In this document: positions 48,860 through 57,376 of the stretch, piece by piece
How positions within the stretch are numbered: the stretch's first letter is position 1
Layout of the letters: every line of letters starts with the position of its first letter
NCBI GenBank assembly: GCA_964194675.1
Contig: CAXMND010000179.1
Coordinates: 192 to 64,191, forward strand
Source of the DNA: an uncultured Coxiellaceae bacterium
Lineage (GTDB): Bacteria; Myxococcota_A; Polyangia; Polyangiales; Houyiibacteriaceae
Reading direction: 5' to 3'
DNA: 64,000 bases
Position numbers and translations under genes: made by a program
The notes under the pieces: model-generated
Told to the model about the DNA's origin: nothing
Database searches by the model: none
What the model saw: the letters and a program-made list of their open reading frames with translations, nothing else

Positions 48860-50089
48860 ATGGCGGAAAACGAGATCATTGCGGGATTGGATCTGGGGTC
48901 GACGAAGGTCTGTGCCATCGTCGCTGAACAAACCGAAGAAGGTCTAGACATCATCGGGATAGGCTCCGTTCCTTCAAAGGGTTTGAAGAAGGGCGTCGTC
49001 GTCAACATCGAGTCGACCGTCCAAGCGATCCGCGCCGCAGTCGAACAAGCCGAAACGATGGCCGGGGTCGAGATCAATGCGGTGTACGCCGGCATTGCGG
49101 GTAGCCATGTTCGCGGCATGAACCAAGACGGCGTCGCTGCCATCGCAAATCGAGAGGTTGCCGCCGAGGACGTGTCCCGCGTTCTCGCGCAAGCCAAAGC
49201 CGTGCCGCTGCCTGGGGACCGCCAAGTGCTTCACGTGCTCCCACAGGAATACATCGTCGACGAACAAGATGGGATCAAAGAGCCCGTCGGCATGGCTGGT
49301 GTTCGACTCGAAGCACGGGTGCACATGGTAACCGCGGCATCCACCAGCGTCGCGAACGTCACGAAGTGCGCGGAACGGTGTGGGCTGTTCGTCGAAGAAG
49401 TCGTCTTGCAGCCACTTGCGAGCGCACATGCAGTGCTCAGTGGCGATGAGCGAGAGATCGGCGGAGTCTTGATCGACATTGGTGGCGGTACGTCTGACAT
49501 CATCATCTACGTCGACGGCGCGGTGGTTCACACGAGCTCGATTCCAATCGGTGGCATCAATCTCACGAGCGACGTTGCGACGGGTCTTCGCACGCCGATG
49601 GCCGAAGCGGAGCGCATCAAGATCAAGTACGGGTGCGCCGCCTCACGGATGGTCGATGACGACGAGACCATCGAGGTGCCCTCGGTTGGCGGGCGCCCCC
49701 CACGGTCGCTCCCGCGTCGCGTTCTTTGCGACATCGTCGAGCCGCGGGTCGAGGAAATCTTCGCGGCTTGCCGTCACGTGATCGCTGAGACCGGCTACAC
49801 GGACATGTTGGCTTCTGGAGCGATTGTCACCGGCGGCACGACGCTCCTCGATGGCTTGCCTGAGCTTGCCGAGGAAGTGCTCGGCCTACCGGTGCGTCGC
49901 GGCGCGCCCACGGGCATCGGTGGATTGATCGACGTTGTGAAGAGCCCCTCCTTCGCCACGGGCGTGGGGTTGGTTAAGCACGGCGCGGACCAGGTAACGG
50001 GAACGACGATACCCGAGCGAACGGTGGACGTGGCTGCAAGCCGCGGCCTCAGCCGGAAGCTTGGGGCGTGGTTCAGAGAGGTTTTCTGA
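48860..50089 (+). CDS. ftsA: Cell division protein FtsA
   Basis: It contains the actin-fold phosphate-1 motif 'IAGLDLGSTKVCAIV' and 'VLIDIGGGTSDI'. Confidence 0.93.
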   Translation: MAENEIIAGLDLGSTKVCAIVAEQTEEGLDIIGIGSVPSKGLKKGVVVNIESTVQAIRAAVEQAETMAGVEINAVYAGIAGSHVRGMNQDGVAAIANREVAAEDVSRVLAQAKAVPLPGDRQVLHVLPQEYIVDEQDGIKEPVGMAGVRLEARVHMVTAASTSVANVTKCAERCGLFVEEVVLQPLASAHAVLSGDEREIGGVLIDIGGGTSDIIIYVDGAVVHTSSIPIGGINLTSDVATGLRTPMAEAERIKIKYGCAASRMVDDDETIEVPSVGGRPPRSLPRRVLCDIVEPRVEEIFAACRHVIAETGYTDMLASGAIVTGGTTLLDGLPELAEEVLGLPVRRGAPTGIGGLIDVVKSPSFATGVGLVKHGADQVTGTTIPERTVDVAASRGLSRKLGAWFREVF

Positions 50090-50099
50090 GGAGGAATCG

Positions 50100-51314
50100 A
50101 TGGCTATCTCGATCGAGTTCGCGGACGACGCAGAGCTTCATGCACGAATCAAAGTCGTTGGCGTCGGCGGAAGCGGCGGCAATGCGCTCAACACCATGAT
50201 TCGCAAAGGACTCGACGGTGTCGAGTTTATCGCGGCGAACACCGACGCGCAGGCGCTCGATCGCAGCCTCGCACCGGTCAAGATCCAGCTTGGCCCACAG
50301 CTCACTCGCGGTCTAGGCGCGGGTGGCAGCCCCGACGTCGGTCGCAAGGCGGCGCTCGAGGACGTACAGCGTCTATCGGAAGCACTCGAAGGAGCCGACA
50401 TGGTTTTCGTGACCGCGGGTATGGGTGGTGGCACCGGCACCGGTGCAGGGCCGATCATCTCGCAGGTTGCGCAAGACCAAGGGGCCCTCACCGTGGGCGT
50501 CGTCACAAGACCCTTCCTGTTCGAGGGTCGCAAGCGTTCCAAGAACGCGGAGCGCGGGATCTCGGAGCTGATCGACTCGATCGACAGTATCATCACGATC
50601 CCGAACCAGAAGCTCCTGTCACTCGGCGACGACGACATCACGATGTTGGATGCGTTCGGACGGGCCGACGATGTGCTGCTTCAGGCGGTGCAGGGGATCA
50701 GCGACCTGATCATCAACGCTGGCATGATCAACGTCGACTTCGCCGACGTGAAAACCATCATGAGAAGCAACGGCCGCGCTCTCATGGGCACCGGTGTGGC
50801 CAAGGGCGATCGGCGTGCGCTCGAGGCTGCCGAGATGGCGATCAACTCGCCATTGCTCGATGAGGTTTCGGTGGAGGGCGCGACTGGCATTCTCATCAAC
50901 TTCACGGCTGGGCCAGACATCAAGCTTCGCGAAATCAACGAAGCGGCGGGGCTGATTCAGCAGGCCGCGCACGAGGAGGCCGAAATAATCTTCGGTGTCG
51001 TCACCGACTCCGAGCTAGCCGACACGGTCAAAGTTACGGTGATCGCGACCGGTTTTGAGAGCCCTGCGTACGCTCCGCTCCCGCTCGGAATGCATCAGGC
51101 CTCGAATGGTTACGGATCTCACAACGCATCATCCTCTCGGGCTATTCGAAGCTCGGCGCCAAGAACAGAGGACCTGACCTCGACGCTCGAGGGTGTCCCA
51201 GCCACGGTCCCACAGACCATCGGAACGCGCGCCTTCGGAGCATCTGCGCTACATGACGAGGCGGTCCTGGATATTCCGGCATACCTTCGCCGAGGCAACC
51301 CGAGTGCTGAGTAA
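50100..51314 (+). CDS. ftsZ: Cell division GTPase FtsZ
   Basis: I trimmed the start to the ATG at 50100, which is preceded by GAGGAGG. It contains 'IKVVGVGGSGGNALNTM' and the tubulin signature 'FVTAGMGGGTGTGAGP', and it ends in a conserved C-terminal peptide, 'DIPAYLRR'. Confidence 0.95.
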   Translation: MAISIEFADDAELHARIKVVGVGGSGGNALNTMIRKGLDGVEFIAANTDAQALDRSLAPVKIQLGPQLTRGLGAGGSPDVGRKAALEDVQRLSEALEGADMVFVTAGMGGGTGTGAGPIISQVAQDQGALTVGVVTRPFLFEGRKRSKNAERGISELIDSIDSIITIPNQKLLSLGDDDITMLDAFGRADDVLLQAVQGISDLIINAGMINVDFADVKTIMRSNGRALMGTGVAKGDRRALEAAEMAINSPLLDEVSVEGATGILINFTAGPDIKLREINEAAGLIQQAAHEEAEIIFGVVTDSELADTVKVTVIATGFESPAYAPLPLGMHQASNGYGSHNASSSRAIRSSAPRTEDLTSTLEGVPATVPQTIGTRAFGASALHDEAVLDIPAYLRRGNPSAE

Positions 51315-51343
51315 TATAGGAGTTATTCCATAGACTTAGCCTT

Positions 51344-51372
51344 AAGCCCGGGTCCGTCCGGGCTTTTCCTTT
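51344..51372 (+). terminator. Rho-independent terminator downstream of ftsZ
   Basis: An 8-bp perfect stem, AAGCCCGG (51344-51351) paired with CCGGGCTT (51358-51365), encloses a 6-nt loop and is followed by TTCCTTT. Confidence 0.6.
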
Positions 51373-51554
51373 GGGGGGTCTTTTCGTTGTGCGGCGGGCA
51401 GGTCACGCGCCTTTGGTAAACATTTTGTAACTTCCTCTGCAATACGCTTCACAGAGCAGGGCAAACCAGCTAGCTTCCTAACTGTCAGTGCTTCTGAGGG
51501 CGGCCAAATTAACCCCTCTAGCTTAAAGTCACGGTATTTGGCATACTGAACAGG

Positions 51555-51947
51555 TTGAAGGTGAAGAAGAGGTTGCAGCTAGAATTGAAGCGCAGGCGTC
51601 CGTGTGTCGGGGCGTTTTGCTTCCTCGTCGCATTCGTCGCGAGCATTCTCGGTACCAATGAGGCTTTGGCCGATACCTCGCCGACGGCGATCAAGGGCAT
51701 TCCGTTAGTGGTTCCCGCCGCGGTGCTCGGAGTTTCGAGCCCCTACATCATCCGTGCAGCGCTCCCGACGCCCAGGTCGCACAGGTTTCTCCTCTCCCAA
51801 GACATTCGCGATCTCGTCAAGCGCGTCGACAAGCTCGCCCGCTACGGCGTGGACCTCAACCAGCGCACGCCCCAGCCGGAGAAACTCCAACTCCGCTTCC
51901 AATCCCTCGACTTCGGCGGGTTCCTCCAGCTCTGTTACCGCCACTAA
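51555..51947 (+). CDS. Small secreted hypothetical protein
   Basis: The 130-aa ORF has a basic N-terminus, a hydrophobic core and 'NEALA|DT', which together form a signal-peptide-like region. GC3 bias across the ORF supports coding. The TTG/GTG start is uncertain, and I recognised no family. Confidence 0.5.
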   Translation: MKVKKRLQLELKRRRPCVGAFCFLVAFVASILGTNEALADTSPTAIKGIPLVVPAAVLGVSSPYIIRAALPTPRSHRFLLSQDIRDLVKRVDKLARYGVDLNQRTPQPEKLQLRFQSLDFGGFLQLCYRH

Positions 51948-51971
51948 AACAGCATCAGTGCGACCTGGTCG

Positions 51972-53434
51972 CTAGAGCGTTTTGAGGTACTCGACGAGGG
52001 CGGTGCGCTCCGCGTCGGACAGGTGGTTGCCGAAGGTGTGCCCCGCGTTGGAGTGGCCGATCAGGCTCGTGTCGTAGATGTACCTGCGCTCTTCGTCGGA
52101 TGCCTCGGCTTGACCGTAGGTCAGTGATTCGTACGGCCAACCAAGTCGCTCGGTGTCGTAATTGGTGCTGTCGAAGTCGATTCGACGCCAGTGGACCGGG
52201 CGTTGACTCGGGTCGATGACGGCTTCGATCGTCGGCACGGAGCCGTTGTGCAAGAAGGGCGCGGTGGCCCAGATGCCGTCGAGTGGCGGCGCGGTGTAGC
52301 CCCGGAACGGATCGTTGTAGACGATGGTTGCATACCGAGCGAAGAACGTCTGTTCGAACCAGTCCTCGAGCGCTGCGATGTTCTCGTCGAAGCCGGCGAA
52401 CGCCGGGTCGGTTTCGATGACATCGAGTGGGATGATCAGATTGGGATAGGTGTCTTCGTCGTCGGATGCTCCGTACGTTCCATGGCATCCCGAGCAGTTA
52501 TCGAGGAAAATGCCTTCGCCCTGTTCGGCCAGCGTCGCGTCGATCTCGAAGGGATAGACTGGAGCCTCGAGACTACGCACGTACGCGTACAGATCATCGA
52601 AGTATTCCATGATCTCTTCGGCCTCTTCGTTTGTATCGGTGCACACCATCGAGGCGAGGATCATCGTGCCGCGGTGGTCACCACGGGACAGCCCGTTGTG
52701 GAAGTGGCTGCTTTTCTTCTTGGGCGCCACCAAGGGGGCACGTCAGTGGGAAAGAGCACGGCGGGCAAGGGGAAAGCCGGTTCGTCGAGCCAAGCGAGGG
52801 TTTCGGGTTCCTTGTAAGCGGCCAATGCAAACGTCGACACGACGGCCGGGTTGGTCCCCACCGTTCGCATGATGGTGTACGGCCCTATCGTAGTTTGTCG
52901 CTCGAACAGCTTGAGGAGTTGGTCGCCGCCCGGAATCGAATCGAGGTCGATCGAGTCGAACGGGTTAGCGCCTCCGTCCCCTTCCGCGGCCCCCGTGTAG
53001 TCGCTCGTCACGTTGCCCAACCCGATGACCAGCTGGCCGTTGATCTTTTCGGCGTGGCACTGAAGGCAGTTGGGGGACACGAGGTCGACACCGTCGTCGT
53101 TGGTGTGAACGTTCCAGTTGTAGGGCATGTCGGCGTTTTTGCCGGTTCGAAGGGGTTTGCCGTCGGCGTCGGTGAGCGCTTGCATCTGCGCGATCGAACC
53201 GAGGAGTGCTCGGACTGCCGGAGAATTAAAAATGTCGAGGGGAATTCCGCATGAGATGTAGCCATTCGAGACGAGGGCCTGGAAACCTGCTTTCACGTTG
53301 CCAGGAGGCGGTGCTTCGTTGGGAATAACGACCCCATCGTCCCAGGGGCCGGGGTCGGAGCTGGTGCTCGTGTTGCAGGCGGCGATCGACGCGGCCAGGG
53401 CGAACGCCACCCAGCTAGCTCGCTGTAGGGACAT
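51972..53434 (-). pseudogene. Di-haem c-type cytochrome lipoprotein (CCP/MauG/DUF1111-like), interrupted by a frameshift
   Basis: Two overlapping ORFs (52661..53443 and 51972..52733) read as one protein. It has a lipoprotein signal 'MSLQRASWVAFALAASIAAC', haem motif 1 'CLQCH', haem motif 2 'CSGCH', and 'PPLDGIWATAPFLHNGSVPTIEAVI'. The frame switches near 'VPPWW', at a G5/C5 run (52734-52738). Confidence 0.65.
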
Positions 53435-53450
53435 TGCGGGCAAGCTACCA

Positions 53451-53504
53451 CAGTCACAGTCACCGCGACAGCGACAGCGCCAGCGACAGTGCCAGCGTCA
53501 GGTG
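53451..53504. repeat. Imperfect hexanucleotide tandem repeat (CAGYGA-like, 9 units)
   Basis: The units read cagtca cagtca ccgcga cagcga cagcgc cagcga cagtgc cagcgt caggtg. The repeat lies between the DUF1552-remnant stop (53512) and the cytochrome gene ATG (53434). Confidence 0.7.
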
Positions 53505-53511
53505 ATGCTGT

Positions 53512-53766
53512 TTAGCTCAGTTGGCCTAGGAGGCCCGTGCTGTTGTCGCCGAAGCTGCTCTGGTTCACGCTCATGGCGGCCATCATCGTTAGGAAGAGGT
53601 TTGCGATCGGCGGGCCGTTGACGCTTTCGTTCGGCTCGTAGTCTATGTGACGTCCCGTGTTGTACACGCCGTGGCATTCGCCGGCGAGGATGATCGGCAG
53701 GTTGCGGTGGCGGTGGGCGTTACCGTCTTCGATCTCGCTCGAGAAGAAGACCTGGGAGCGTGTCCC
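53512..53766 (-). pseudogene. C-terminal remnant (~84 codons) of a DUF1552-family gene
   Basis: The minus-strand translation reads 'GTRSQVFFSSEIEDGNAHRHRNLPIILAGECHGVYNTGRHIDYEPNESVNGPPIANLFLTMMAAMSVNQSSFGDNSTGLLGQLS*'. This matches my recollection of the DUF1552 C-terminus (HxHxNLP..LAG ... FGDSTG). It has no usable start codon and begins immediately after the TAG of the upstream HD-domain gene. Confidence 0.6.
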
Positions 53767-54693
53767 CTAGAGGCCGTATTGTTTTCGGTGGGTGTTTAGG
53801 TGGTCGAGGTAGTATTTGGCTGGTTTCTGGGGGTCGATTTCGCCAGCTTCGGTGGCTTCTGTGAGTTGCCTCATCAGGTCGCCTAGACGCTTTGATGGGG
53901 GCACACCGAAGGTGTTAATGATCTCGGTCCCGAGGCCTTTGGGTAGGGGAGCCACCTTGTGGTCTTCTTCCTGGAGGTCACGAATGCGCTTCGCGAGCAA
54001 GTTGATCTGACGAACGCCGCGACGACGCTTCTCGGGGCGTTTGGTGGTGATATCTGCGCGACTCAAGTCGAGGAGGTCGCGTAGGCCGTCGTCCATCTGT
54101 TTGTAGAAGCGACGTACCGCCGCGTCTGTCCAGCTTTCTTCGTACTGACTAGCCCTCAGGTGGTGGAGGATCAAGAAGTGGATGCGCTCTCGGGGCGCGC
54201 CTTGGAAACCCAGGCGGTCTCCGACGCGTTTGCGGAACATCGCTGCACCAACCTCGCTGTGGCCGTGGAACGTGACATTACCACGGTCGTCGATGCGCCG
54301 TGTCTTCGGCTTGCCGATGTCGTGGAGCAACGCCCCCCAACGCACCTCGAGTCGTGGCACTGATTGCTTCACGACCTGCTTCGTGTGTTTCCAGACGTCC
54401 TTGTGCCGCCACTCATTGTCGCCGAAGCCAACCATGGCTGCGACCTCCGGTAGCCAAGGACCGAGGCACCCCACCGCCTCTAGGGCGTCGAGCCCGGGCT
54501 CCGGATGCTTGGACACCAGCAAGCGGTCCATGTGAAGGCGGAACTCGGCCAAAGGAATGTCACGCCACTCAGCGGGGCTAGGTCGTTCAGGCTTCTGGCC
54601 GAGCAGAGAGGGGTCGCTCGCGACGTCGGCCGCCCACTTCAACGCTTCAAACACCCGTGCGGGGCTCACATCTCGTGTTGTTACTACGGACAT
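53767..54693 (-). CDS. HD-domain protein resembling the C-terminal half of class II CCA-adding/poly(A) polymerase family enzymes
   Basis: I trimmed the start to the ATG at 54693 ('MSVVTTRDV'). It contains 'WLPEVAAMVGFGDNEWRHKDVWKHTKQVV' and 'ALLHDIGKPKT...FHGHSEVGA'. No GGxVRD/DxD nucleotidyltransferase head is present. Confidence 0.75.
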   Translation of the reverse strand: MSVVTTRDVSPARVFEALKWAADVASDPSLLGQKPERPSPAEWRDIPLAEFRLHMDRLLVSKHPEPGLDALEAVGCLGPWLPEVAAMVGFGDNEWRHKDVWKHTKQVVKQSVPRLEVRWGALLHDIGKPKTRRIDDRGNVTFHGHSEVGAAMFRKRVGDRLGFQGAPRERIHFLILHHLRASQYEESWTDAAVRRFYKQMDDGLRDLLDLSRADITTKRPEKRRRGVRQINLLAKRIRDLQEEDHKVAPLPKGLGTEIINTFGVPPSKRLGDLMRQLTEATEAGEIDPQKPAKYYLDHLNTHRKQYGL

Positions 54694-55814
54694 AGGATCT
54701 CGTCGAGCGCCGTGACCAAGCGTCGGTTCTCTTCTGGAGTCCCTACGGTGATCCGAACGCACTCTGCCAGCCGAGCATCTCCTTCGGAGAAGCGGCGCAC
54801 CACGATCTCTCGCGAAAGGAGGCCCTTGCACAACCCTGCGACGTCGCCATCGTAGCGGACCAAGAGGAAATTCGCGTCACTCGGGAAGCAGTGCATCGAT
54901 GGGTAGCGCGCGAGGTCTTCCGCGAGCCGTTCTCGCTCGGCCACGATCGCCGCGACATGCGTGCGAAGGGTGGGCGCAAGGTCCGTGAGGGCAAGTGTGG
55001 CGAGCTCCTGGGACAGCGTGTTGAGATTGAACGGCTGCCGGACCTTTTCGAGATCATGCGCGAGCGCCTCGTCGAGACGTATCCAGCCAACTCGAATCGC
55101 GGCGAACCCGACCTTGGAGAGAGTACCGAGAAGCGCGCACTGCGGTAATCGCACACACCAGCTTGCAACAGATTCGCGCGCGAACCCACCGTACGCTTCG
55201 TCGACGACGTGCAACGTGTCTGGAAACCCCTGGATGAGCTTCTCCAGCCTGTCCTGTGAGAAGCAGTTGCCGGTGGGGTTGTTGGGGCTCGCGTAGTACG
55301 CAACGTTCGGTCGTTCGCGTTCGAGTGCCTTGGCCATCTCATCGACATCGAGGTCCCATCGATCGTCAAGCGACACTCCGACCGTTCGCCACCCGTGCGC
55401 ACGACTCGTCATTCCGTACATCACGAACGTCGGCTCCGGAAACAGTACGACGGGCCGCTCTTCCCCTGGCCGCGGTTTCGACATTGCCGTCGCGAGCAGC
55501 GAGATCACCTCGTCGGACCCCGAGCCGAGCACGTACTCGTCCGGGGCGCCGCCGATCCAGGTCGCCAGAGCCCCCCGGAAGCGAGTCGCTCGTCCGTCTG
55601 GATATCGATGGAGCGCGGTCCGGCGGACGGCCGACAGAATCGATTCCCACGCTTCACCGGGGAGCGACCACGGGCTCTCGTTCGCGTCGAGCTTCACCTC
55701 GGGTGCGGCAGGGGGTACCCGGTAGGCGGAAAGTTCATCGAGCTCGGGCCGGAACAGAGTTTTGAGGGATCTCACAGACATGGCGATCGCCGGATCGGGG
55801 CGCAGTCTTGGCAC
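54684..55814 (-). CDS. hisC: Histidinol-phosphate aminotransferase
   Basis: It contains 'LDANESPW', 'YASPNNPTG' and the PLP-Lys region 'LGTLSKVGFAAIRVGW'. The start may be the ATG at 55781 ('MSVRSL'). The gene's last 10 nt (including its stop) overlap the start of the downstream HD-domain gene. Confidence 0.88.
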   Translation of the reverse strand: MPRLRPDPAIAMSVRSLKTLFRPELDELSAYRVPPAAPEVKLDANESPWSLPGEAWESILSAVRRTALHRYPDGRATRFRGALATWIGGAPDEYVLGSGSDEVISLLATAMSKPRPGEERPVVLFPEPTFVMYGMTSRAHGWRTVGVSLDDRWDLDVDEMAKALERERPNVAYYASPNNPTGNCFSQDRLEKLIQGFPDTLHVVDEAYGGFARESVASWCVRLPQCALLGTLSKVGFAAIRVGWIRLDEALAHDLEKVRQPFNLNTLSQELATLALTDLAPTLRTHVAAIVAERERLAEDLARYPSMHCFPSDANFLLVRYDGDVAGLCKGLLSREIVVRRFSEGDARLAECVRITVGTPEENRRLVTALDEILCP

Positions 55815-55840
55815 GCCACGCCCAACTGTAAAGTGCAGCC

Positions 55841-56773
55841 TCAGTGAAGAACCAGATTGGCCTGGTCGCGGGCTTCTTCGAGGGCGAGACTGATGACCCG
55901 GGCATCTTTGGCGTCCGGCCGAGCCTCGAGATAGGCGGCAAGGTCTTCTGAAGCGGCTCCGTAGGTCCGTAAAGCGTGGGCCAACAGGCCTCGATCCCGG
56001 CGATGCTCGGGTGCTTGGGTGAGCTCGACCAGGTGGTCGCAGGCGAGCATGGCACGCGCGTAGTCGCCCTGGCGCCGGTGGGCGTTCTTGAGATTCGCCA
56101 GCATGCGGATCGTGATCGTCAGGCAGTCGACCGGTTCGAGGTAGCTTGGGTGCAGCGCCATCTCCGCGCCGAGGAACTGCGCCGCCAGCTTTCGGAGCCC
56201 AACACCGTCGAGGATCTCTCCGTGATTGAACGGATCTTGATAGACGCCTTCCGGTCCCCCGACGCGCACCAAGAAGTGACCCGGAAAACCGACACCCTCG
56301 ACCACCATGCCCGCGCGTTCGCCGATCGCCATACTGAGCACCGACAACGAAATCGGAATCCCCCTGCGGCGAATCATCACTTTGTCGATGTAGCTGTTTC
56401 GCGGGTCGTAGTAGTCGTCTCGTTCTCCTTCGAAGCCGAGCTCGACAAAGAGCAGGTCTGCGAGGATCCGACAGTCGCGCTCGGGAGTTGATCGAAGGCC
56501 GCGTCGGATGAGTGCTTCCGTGCCGATGCCATCGAGAGCGCGTCGCAGGGAGTGCTCGTCGAGAATGGGATTAGCCTCGCGTGCAATCAAGATGGCGACG
56601 TCTTCAACTTTTGCGTTGGGACGTTGCAGCACCGACACCAAGGGATCTCTGCTAGCCACGATACTAACCTTGCGTTGCCTGTCCGCTGATGTCGAACCGA
56701 GCAATGTGCTACACCGGCTTTCGATCACAAGCCTAGGGTGTTGTTCCCGTGCTTGACGAATTTCTGCACACAT
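55841..56773 (-). CDS. SirB1/YchA-like transglutaminase-fold plus TPR protein
   Basis: It contains 'YYDPRNSYIDKVMIRRRGIPISLSVLSMAIGERAG...GFPGHFLVRV' and a TPR-like C-terminus. The start is uncertain, because the ATG at 56773 overlaps the divergent DedA gene. A GTG at 56659 is an alternative. Confidence 0.68.
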   Translation of the reverse strand: MCAEIRQAREQHPRLVIESRCSTLLGSTSADRQRKVSIVASRDPLVSVLQRPNAKVEDVAILIAREANPILDEHSLRRALDGIGTEALIRRGLRSTPERDCRILADLLFVELGFEGERDDYYDPRNSYIDKVMIRRRGIPISLSVLSMAIGERAGMVVEGVGFPGHFLVRVGGPEGVYQDPFNHGEILDGVGLRKLAAQFLGAEMALHPSYLEPVDCLTITIRMLANLKNAHRRQGDYARAMLACDHLVELTQAPEHRRDRGLLAHALRTYGAASEDLAAYLEARPDAKDARVISLALEEARDQANLVLH

Positions 56774-57360
56774 TGGAGCACGGGCCCCAGCATTGGGCCT
56801 ACGGACTCATCGTCGCGGCGTCGGCGGTGGAATATGTTTTTCCGCCACTTCCCGGAGATACCGTCGTGCTGTTTGCAGTCGTGTTGGCCACTCGCGCCCA
56901 ACTCAACTGGGCTTTGGTCTACGCGCTGATGACGCTCGGCGCAATCGGAGGCGGACTCGGGGCATGGGCTTTCGGCCTGTGGCTCGCGAATCACGAAGAC
57001 AATTGGCCGCGGTTTCTGAAGCGTCCTGCGGCCACACGCGCTCTCGACGCAGTGCGTCGTGGCTACGCACAGCACGGTGCCATGTACCTCGCGGTGAACC
57101 GATTCTTGCCGGCGCTTCGCGCGTTCTTCTTCCTCGGGGCAGGGTTATCTCGCATGGGCGTGTGGCCGGTGATCGTGTTCGGTGGACTCTCCGCCGCCGT
57201 GTGGAACGCGCTGCTTCTCGGCGCTGGATATGCCCTCGGTCACAATTGGGAGGTGATGCGCGATATCCTCGAGCGATACACCGTGGCGACTCTGGTCATC
57301 GTCGTCGCCGCGGGTATCGCGATCGTAGCGCGCTTCGTGTGGGACAGCCGACGAGCCTAG
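56749..57360 (+). CDS. DedA-family membrane protein
   Basis: It contains 'GLIVAASAVEYVFPPLPGDTVVLFA' and 'FLPALRAFFFLGAGLSRM', which are typical DedA/SNARE-associated motifs. Confidence 0.85.
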   Translation: MLDEFLHTLEHGPQHWAYGLIVAASAVEYVFPPLPGDTVVLFAVVLATRAQLNWALVYALMTLGAIGGGLGAWAFGLWLANHEDNWPRFLKRPAATRALDAVRRGYAQHGAMYLAVNRFLPALRAFFFLGAGLSRMGVWPVIVFGGLSAAVWNALLLGAGYALGHNWEVMRDILERYTVATLVIVVAAGIAIVARFVWDSRRA

Positions 57361-57376
57361 CACCCTTCTCACAACT

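Noticed and set aside
51539-51556. Sigma-54-like 'TGGCAT' element just before the small secreted ORF
   Set aside because: The spacing fails. There is no TTGC/GC element 5 nt downstream of the GG, so it does not fit TGGCAC-N5-TTGCW.
53298-53621. A 107-aa plus-strand ORF with a 'QSQSPRQRQRQRQCQRQ' stretch
   Set aside because: It is an artefact of translating the hexanucleotide repeat and the antisense of the DUF1552 remnant. It has no coding signature.
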